Assembly: GCA_964016885.1 (NCBI GenBank) | Contig: OZ024740.1 | Coordinates: forward strand, 56,730,001-56,794,000 | DNA from: Eledone cirrhosa | Taxonomy: Eukaryota | Direction: 5' to 3' | DNA length: 64,000 nt | Part shown: one piece after another, positions 54,808 to 64,000 of the stretch | How positions within the stretch are numbered: the first letter of the stretch is position 1 | Layout of the letters: every line of letters starts with the position of its first letter | The notes under the pieces: generated by a model | What the model was told of the DNA's origin: nothing | The model's database searches: none | The model's input: only the letters and a program-made list of their open reading frames with translations | Position numbers and translations under genes: made by a program

Positions 54808-57565
54808 GAAATGACAGGAGGCTGGATTTGTGTAAATCCTTGAAAGGTTTATTATACTATGATCATTTCAATGACCGGGTTCCGTATGAATCCGGTGATA
54901 TCATCAGGTATTCGAAATATAATACGTGAATGTAATAGATAAAATCCATGGGGCTGAAAATCGAGGACCCTTTCAAGGATTTACGCAAATCCAGCCTCCT
55001 GTCATTTCATTATAATATTTAACTCCGTAATAGCACCACCAACTACAAAAACAAAGACGGTTGAACTGCTTTACGTTGAGTACTCTCTATATTATTGCAT
55101 TACGATTGACCATACGGAATAGACCAGCTCTATACAGTGGTGAACCTCAAACCTGAATAAATAATGCTCCTGAAACGTTGAGCACTTCAAAATGTAATAA
55201 TGAACAGCGGCATGGGACTGAATATATCTAACCACAATTCGAACTTTGGCTACCCGGTGTTTTCGCCTGGCCCATTGCTACTTCCCTCTCAGAATATTCG
55301 AACTTCGACGAAACTCCACGGATTAGACCATAACATGTATTGTACTGCACTGTGTTAACTAAATCGCTACCCTATACTTCTGGGCATGTATAACTCACAC
55401 TGAACTCCCAGACTCGAACACACAGTTTCCACATCTATATGCATTATCTGACTGCAACTTGAACTATATTGTATTTCTCCTGTGTCTTGAACTCTCCATT
55501 TAATAGACAACGACTCTTGTTTGTTTATTTATATCTTTACATCTTTATTTGCTGTATTAATGCCTCTCCACGTATTCTACCTCTATACATCCATGTACTT
55601 TCTACTTCCCTTATTCGGACTTTTACTCGCGTGTACCCTTAGCACACGTCACTGGAATATCTCCCCCTGGGAACATAAATACCGCAACCTGAACTATATT
55701 GTATTTCTCCTGTGTCTTGAACTCTACATTTACTAGACAACGACTATTGTTTGTTTATTTATATCTTTACATCTTTATTTGCTGTATTAATGCCTTTCCA
55801 CGTACTCTACCTCTATACATCCATGTACTTTTTACTTCCCTTATTCGGACTTTTACTCGCGTGCACCCTTAGCACACGACACACGATTGCCCCCCCCCCC
55901 CCCTCCCCTCCCCCCTTGGGAACATAAATACTGCAACCTGAACTATATTGTAATTCTCCTATGTCTTGATTTCTCCATCTTACCCCAACACCACTCTTGT
56001 TGGTTTATTTACATATTTATACCTATATATTGATATGTTTATATATTTATACCTCTGCTGTACCAATGTGCTCTTCCACGTATTCCACTTCTATGTATCC
56101 ATGTATTTCTACTCCTCACATTGGGACCTGTACCCATTAGCACACGACACTAGAATGTCTCCTCCTGAGAACAAAAATTAAACATTACACGACTATATCC
56201 CGTACTCTACATCCCACTAGGATAAATTACAGATCTACGTAATACAATTAACGTTTCTTCATAAAAGACTCTATTTAATTAAACCCCGCAACCCAAAACC
56301 TCATAGAAGTTATTTGAATGTTTAATCTTCAATTTTCTGTTTGTTCAATTCTCAATCTTCTTACTCCTTAGTTTTATAATGTTATTCTGAATTCTTTCAA
56401 CTTCATCCGATAGAGTTAAGCAAAATTCTAAAGTTCCAACTTTCTGTCGGACTGTTGGGTGGGTTTTAATGGCGGCTAGACCAGCTCCATGGCGCGCGAG
56501 CTTACCTGGAGTGATTGGAAAAATAAATTTCCCCTTCTTTCGGTAAAGAAAAATACTCGGCGTAGCTTAATTCGCCATGGGGCTCGGGGCGCGGCCGGTG
56601 TTTTAACAGCCACATAGTACCTTTAAATTACAGAACAAATCGGAACTATTAGATATCTCAACCTGAAAATGTTAAACTGTTGAACTTTAAATTTTCTAAC
56701 CTCTTTAATATTGAATATTGATTATTAATTTTTTTAACTTCATCCTAGAAGTCTAACACTGTAACATACTGACTCCCAATATATTCACCTCTGCTAAGAT
56801 GCGGGTCTCTGTGAAAATTTTCTCGCGCCACTACTGGCCTGACTGTGGTCTGACATTAATATCGACCTTTCTCCCTCTTTCTTTCTATCTTCCTTCTTGT
56901 AGCCATCAACCCTTACTTTTCTACTCTCTTCTCTTCCTTCTCTTCTCCCCTCTTCCTGTCTTCCTCCCGCAGACTTATCTTCCTTCCCCCTCTTGCTTGC
57001 CTATATCTGACCGGTAGTAGTTACCATTCTTCTTTTAGCTGACATTAACCCTGGCTTCTCTTCTTCTTTCTTCCCCATTCTTCTCTCTCCTTCCTTTCTT
57101 TCTTTCTTTTACCTTGTGTCATGAGATTGACGTTAACTTATGTTCCCATCCCTTTCTGTTTTCGTTTATCTGACCGGTAGTAGCATACTATAAACTTTAG
57201 CCACGTCACTCCAGGGCGACCGGCTGAGGTTGAAGGAACAGAATAGCGGTCGCCCTCGGGTCCTCGATTTTCAGCCCCATGGATTTTATCTATTACATTC
57301 ACGTATTATATTTCGAAAACCTGATGATATCACCGGATTCATACGGAACTCGGTCATTGAAATGATCATAGTATAATAAACCTTTCAAGGATTTACACAA
57401 ATCCAGCCTCCTGTCATTTCATTATAATATTTAACTCCGTAATAGCACCACCAACTACAAAAACAAAGACGGTTGAACTGCCTTACGTTGAGTACTCTCT
57501 ATATTATTGCATTACGATTGGTCATACGGAATAGACCAGCTCTATACAGTGGTGAACCTCAAATC

Positions 57566-57571
<6 letters not shown>
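54802..57571 (+). mobile_element. ORF-less PLE-type element: inverted pLTR piece + direct repeat + 2.1-kb non-coding body + pLTR with HHR
   Basis: 54802-54970 is the reverse complement of 57258-57426; 54969-55159 repeats at 57381-57571 (period 2412); internal ~230-240-bp tandem repeats at about 55455-56170; TA tracts on both sides. Confidence 0.85.
57317..57374 (+). ncRNA. Type-I hammerhead (copies on minus strand at 54854-54911 and 57821-57878)
   Basis: a(t/a)ac CTGATGA tatc ACCGG..(C/T)CGGT catt GAAA TGATCA TA gtat; palindrome ATGATCAT. Confidence 0.82.
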
Positions 57572-57628
<57 letters not shown>

Positions 57629-57629
57629 T

Positions 57630-57925
57630 TAGATTTGTTGGTTCACCACTGGATAGAACTGGTCATTCCGTATGGTCACTCCTGGTGTAATATTGTGAAG
57701 AGTACTCAACGCAGTGCAGTTCACCCATCTTCGTTTGTGTAGTTGGTGGTGCGAATACGGAGTTAATTATAAATGAAATAACAGGAGGCTGGACTGGTGT
57801 AAATCCTTGAAAGGTTTATTATACTATGATCATTTCAATAACCGAGTTCCATATGAATCCGGTGATATCATCAGGTATTGGAATATAACAAAGGAATATG
57901 TAAAAAGCCATGGGTCCGAAAAATC
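57630..57925 (-). mobile_element. Diverged second pLTR copy of the 54802-57571 family, tail-to-tail across a TA tract
   Basis: Reverse-complement similarity to about 57275-57570, with the HHR region conserved. Confidence 0.8.
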
Positions 57926-59227
57926 AGAGACAGAGAGGACGGCTGACCAACTAGCTTCTCAGCCAGCCGCCCTCAAAGTGTTGGCAACTGAAAACTACCA
58001 ATAAATATCTGGTGAGGGGGCGAAGGCTTATAATGCGCTACCACCACTCCGTCAAAGAAGAAGGGGAAGAAAGAAAGAAAGGGAGAAAGAAGTGTAGTGT
58101 AAGGGTCAAACTACATCTATAGAGCCATAATTAATTACCATTAAGCATGTTGTCCGGCTCTTAAACAAGTTGAATTCTCTCACCTCTTTCTGTTCAAACC
58201 GTTCGCTCATACTTATGTTAAGGTTTTGTCCTCAAAATAAATAATATCCAAATCCCATAGACTCGATATTATGTGAGATAATTATGTGAGATAAAGCCTT
58301 TACCATGAAATACAATAGTAAATATTGAAAATACAATAGTAAACATAGAGTAATTTAATTGCTAAAGGGTTAAACAATTTTATTTTCCTCCGGTCTTCTT
58401 TCATATCAACATTGTAATAAACTTTATGTTTATCAATATTGACATTAAATACTGATTTGTAATTCATTACACTTCATTTAAACCAGGGGTCTCCAAAGTG
58501 GTCGATATCGACCCCTGGAGTTCTATTGGACTCTGCAAGGAATCGATAAATACCTGGAGGTCAAAAGGAGGTAGGAAAACGCAGGAGTCGTTGAACTTTT
58601 GGGGCCGAGTGATCACATTCGTATAAGAAATAAAAATACATGAAATTCAACTTGCTGATACACATTTTAAAATCAACAACTATAATAATAGCCAGTGTTT
58701 TATATCATTTCTTTGGCATCAAGCAATGAAGGAAATATCTTTGTGGTGACTGAGTAAAGAAGGGGTGGTGACGACAAACTATAGAAAACAGAGGCCAGCG
58801 TTCTAAGATTTCGTTACACTTGTGTGTGAGTAGATGAGTGTGAGTGCATATGTATACATTTATGTGTATGAGAAATATAAATATAAACACAAAGCATACA
58901 CTCACACAAGTATAAATATAAACACACACAGACACACATATATACTCACACATATACACACATAAGTGATATAATGCACACTCACCACACATACATTTAC
59001 ACAAATGATATAAACACAAAAACACACATACACTCAGACATACAGCTTACAGCAAGTGATATAAACACACATAGCACTCAGACATACACTTACACAAATG
59101 ATATAAACACATAAACACACATACACTCATACATGTAGATGTGTGTTGTTGTAATGCTATTGTCTGTCTCTCTATTTAATATGTGTATGTGGAGGACGTC
59201 AACTATAATATCAGCCAATGTGTGTAC

Positions 59228-59427
59228 NNNNNNNNNNNNNNNNNNNNNNNNNNNNNNNNNNNNNNNNNNNNNNNNNNNNNNNNNNNNNNNNNNNNNNNNN
59301 NNNNNNNNNNNNNNNNNNNNNNNNNNNNNNNNNNNNNNNNNNNNNNNNNNNNNNNNNNNNNNNNNNNNNNNNNNNNNNNNNNNNNNNNNNNNNNNNNNNN
59401 NNNNNNNNNNNNNNNNNNNNNNNNNNN
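59228..59427. other. Assembly gap (200 N)
   Basis: Run of n; contiguity across it is not guaranteed. Confidence 1.
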
Positions 59428-59487
59428 TACACATACACATATACACAAAGATATATATATGTATATATACACATACGTATATAATAA

Positions 59488-59571
<84 letters not shown>

Positions 59572-59789
59572 ATAAATATATTTCATTATTTCTGAAGACG
59601 GCATATATATGAGTTGGTATGTATATTTAATTTTGATAGTTTGTATAATTTTGTATAATTTTGTACATAGATCTGTTAAATATACATGCCAATTCTAACA
59701 CATATATATCCCAGAAACGATCGTTAAATAATGAACTTTTTTTGTTTAATATAAGGAACTGTTTCATTGTTTTATTCATTATTTTTTTA

Positions 59790-60392
<603 letters not shown>

Positions 60393-60573
60393 ATAACTTT
60401 GAATAACTTTGAATAACTTTGAAATGTTTTGGCCAGTATTGGCCCAGCCCATGTCTAACTTAATAGCACCACCTGGCGAAGTCTTTCAATTCAGGATTTG
60501 GGCACCATGGCCCATTCGAGAAGAGAATTACTGTTTGCGGAGACATATCCGGGTGTGGGTGGTTTGTCCGGGA

Positions 60574-63510
60574 TTACTTGGAGGAATTTGTCCAAAGACT
60601 TCTTGAATTTTGTGTGGTCAGTTTCTGTTTTGACGTGTCCTTGTCTGATGTTGAAGAGAGCAGGGCCATTGAGGTGAAATAATTGTGCCGTATTGTTGTT
60701 ATGTGTTGCGATTTAGATTTTTGTTTGGGACGGATAGCACGGGGCCCAAGCCTTGGGTGTATTTTGAAGGTGATGCCAACATCATTTGGGCAGTGATGAT
60801 GAAACATTTTCCACATCATGCAGATAATATAACGCTCACGGCGACGTTGGAGTGAGTAAAGTTTCAGCTTTTCTAGTCGACCCCAGTAGTCAAGGTCTGA
60901 CATGCCATCTATCTTTTTCGTGATTGCCCTTTGAGGAGCTTCAAGTTTCATGATACTTTGTTTCGTGTGGGGAGACCACAGTGGACAACATTATTCAAGG
61001 TGTGGTCGGGCAAAAGTAGAGAAGAGAAGGATAATGGTGTGGGAATCTCTCGACTGGAAGGTTCTGAGGATCCAGGAACACATTCTGCGGGCCATGTCAA
61101 CTTTGCTGCTTATATGCGTGGCCCAGCTTATGTTGCTGTCCACGGTTACTCCCAAGTCTCTGATGTTGTTAGATGCCACGAGAGTTTCACCGGAGGGAAG
61201 GGAGTACGGGAGTTTCAGAGCATCCTCTTTTCCAAAGTGGATCAGTTCGAATTTGTCTTCGTTCAGTAACATGTTGTTCTTTTCCGCCCATTGGGTAACA
61301 GCCAGTAGGTCTGACTGAAGGCTTATCCGGTCATCCACGCCATCGATGACCTTTTGGAGCTTGGAATCGTCAGCGAAAATTCTAATGTTGCTGTGTTTGA
61401 TGATGTCAGTGATGTCATTAATATAGATGATGAAGAGAAGTGGGCCCAACACAGTGCCTTGTGGGACCTCACTACTGACTTTGGCTGGGCTGGATTTGAC
61501 TCCTTCGACTACAACATGTTGTGTTCTGTTTGACAGGAAGCTCTTGATCCACTGCAGCAGCTTTCCAGTGACACCAATATTGGACAGCTTTCTCAGTAGA
61601 ATGTTGTGATCAACCCTGTCAAAGGCCTTGCTGAAATCAAGGTAGATAACATCAGTGTTGGAACCCTCTCCCAAGGCTCTCAAAATGTCATCAAAGTGAT
61701 GCAGTAGCTGCGTCAGGCAATCCCTTCCATTACGGAATCCATGCTGGTTGGAGTTCAGCATATTGTTACTCTCAAGGAAGTGGGTCATTCGCGATCTCAC
61801 CACTCTCTCAAATACCTTAATGATATGAGAGGTGAGTGAGATTGGACGGTAATTCACGGCAAGGGATTTGTTTCCTTTTTTGAAAACTGGGACAACAGAC
61901 TGGGATAGAAGGTTTTCTGGCACATATCCAGCATCCAGTGAGTTCCGCCACAGATTGGCAAGAGGAGATGCAAGTTGGTGTTGACACGCCTTCAAGACAC
62001 AAGCAGGGAACCTATCGGGACCTACTGCTGAATTATGCTTGATTTCCTTTATTCACGCTAAGACATCAGGGGCGCCAAACGTTATGTCCGATAAGGTGTA
62101 ATGAGGAGTAACATCGCCGATACAGCCCAGATCGGCCATATCAGGATTGCTGAAAACAGAGCAGTATTGTTTCTGCAGTATCTCACCCATGGTTTTAGCA
62201 TTGTCTTGAAGAGTGCCATTTTCATCAATTAGAGGGCCAACAGTAGAGCCAGTGATTTTGTGTTTTTTTGCAAATGAAAAGAACACTTTGGGATTGAGTT
62301 TGATCTTCTCAATGGCCCAGGCCTCTTCAGCTCTTCTCTGATTGTTGATGATAGACATCATGTTGTTTTGGAGGTTATGTTTTTTAATCTCTAGTGATGA
62401 AATGGCAGTCAAGTTGATGTGTTGCTGCTGACAGTATTTCAGCTTGTTGATTTTTTGGTTCGTTCTCTTAATTTTCCTGATGAGCGTTTTTCTATTTCTA
62501 GGGATTCTGCTCTTAGATTTGTTTATAGTTTTTAATGGGGTGTGTTTTGCACATATGTTTGTAACAGTGTCCACAAATGTCTGCCAGGACTTTTTGATGT
62601 TAGTGGGTGTATGAGTGTGCGTGAAGGACCAGTCGACATGTGCAAGATCATTACTGATCGCTTCCCAGTTTGTATTGTGGAAATCTATAGCGTCAAACGG
62701 ATGGACAGGAGAGATGACATTGGGTTTGTATATTGGACGGTGGAATCTCAGATCACAGAGAACCATGTCATGATCAGAGAGTAGAGTTTTCTCCACTGCA
62801 ATATTGTGGATATTGTCAGTGTGATTGCTGAAAATTAAGTCTAGGACGTTTTTGTGGCACCTCGTTGGTTCGAGCACCAGTTGGGACAGAAAGAAATCAT
62901 CCATGAAGTCAAGAAGCGATTCCACTGCTTCCCTGTCAGAGGTTGAGGCAGAAGAACCTGGTGGCAGGCTGTTTGTGGACCAGTCAACTCCGGGGAGGTT
63001 GAAGTCCCCCATCATTAAGATGTTGTCAGGGTGACACTCTTGGATGAAACACTTTATGCTGTTGAGGCATTCCTTGAAGCATGGTACAGGCGTTTGGGGT
63101 GGCCTATAGAGCCCAACTACTATTAGGTTGTTGGTTTGACTGAATACAGTGACTGCTTCGCAGTATCCATTAGTGAATATGTTCATAGCCTCTGTTGAGA
63201 AAGAATAATGGACATAAATGGCAGTCCCACCCTTTCTTCTGCCAGCGCGATCAGCACGGATGGCTTTGAAATTTTTCACTTTCACCTCGGCTTCCAAGTG
63301 GAGGTTACTGAGATGGGTTTCAGTGAGGACGAAGAAAGGGATGTGGTTTGGATGGACATCAACCCAGTACTCCAGGAATTTGATCTTCCATTTTTGAGTA
63401 TTGGTGGAAGGGCTGATGCCTTGGGCGTTAAGCAAAAATGTTGAGGCGAGAGTGGATGGTTTTAATTGTTTTGGTGTGTTGTTAATTTGTTTGTTTGTTA
63501 ATGGCAGCAA
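60574..63510 (-). pseudogene. LINE ORF2 (APE endonuclease + RT); the three track ORFs share one frame broken by two premature stops
   Basis: LTETHL, GLYRPP, MGDFN, LDLIF, SDH; NYRPISLTS, QHGFR, YLDFSKAFD, VPQGTVLGPLLF, FADD; stops at 62053-62055 and 60991-60993. Confidence 0.92.
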
Positions 63511-63970
63511 TGGGAGTTTGTGGAGTGGGGTGATAGTGGAGGGTGGTGCTGGGTCATAGCTCGAATGTTTTTTTCCAGTTCTTTTGCCAGATTCATTATG
63601 GCTAAAAAAGAGGAAGAAGTTTCCTGTTTAGGAGGCTGTTGGTGACTGTGGTAATGGTTATTTTTATGTAGGTTATGGCTTTTGTTTTTGCTTTTATTTT
63701 TTATTTTATTTTCAATTGTCCGACGGGTCCCCGGGAGATGGGTAAAGGGACAATCCCGGTCTAAACACAATCTGTCTCGCAGGGAAAAGCGGCAGATTTG
63801 TGGATTCCTTGTTTGAGTTATTGGTGGTTGTGTTGGTGTTAAATTAGAGTATGTATTATGGTGGTGGCTGTTTGTGGGGATAGACCGTTTTGTCCTAGGT
63901 AAATGGGTGAATTTGCAGCCACTATCCGTACATATTCTATAGCGTACAGAGTAGCGGCAAATGATGGGGT
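63498..63970 (-). CDS. LINE ORF1 C-terminal part with two CCCH zinc fingers
   Basis: CRYSVRYRICTDSGCKFTH and CRFSLRDRLCLDRDCPFTH (C-x8-C-x4-C-x3-H). Confidence 0.65.
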
Positions 63971-64000
63971 TTCGAGTGGGTGTGTATGTGTGTGTGTGTG

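Larger units (their letters stand above)
60393..63970 (-). mobile_element. CR1-group LINE (ORF1 3' part + ORF2), 3' tail of (TTCAAAGTTA)n
   Basis: APE and RT domains; 10-bp tandem tail at 60393-60423 abutting a TA tract. Confidence 0.92.

Overview
AT-rich, repeat-dense animal genomic DNA. The tRNA-headed SINEs with a Nin/Deu-like core, the very long (TA)n tracts and the transposon mix suggest an octopus/cephalopod; this is inference only. The one host gene I can see is on the minus strand: small GT-AG exons at 23658-23777 and 22249-22369, probably also 27378-27447 and 12716-12774. They encode a PDZ domain of the Piccolo/RIM/Fife active-zone type. The rest is intron or intergenic DNA packed with mobile elements: three Penelope-like (PLE; RT + GIY-YIG) families, an intact DD37D (maT) Tc1/mariner, a CR1-group LINE, RTE and RLE-LINE fragments, SINEs and Helentron-like elements. 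The dominant unannotated signal is about 20 minimal type-I hammerhead ribozyme (HHR) motifs from about 10 unrelated repeat families on both strands, most with a palindromic stem III. They sit in PLE pseudo-LTRs, in a 440-bp tandem retrozyme-like array, in a 2.4-kb ORF-less element, and in foldback insertions (arms from 24 bp to 1.9 kb) that abut TA microsatellites. Most IY/YI-rich ORFs in the supplied track are microsatellite translations.
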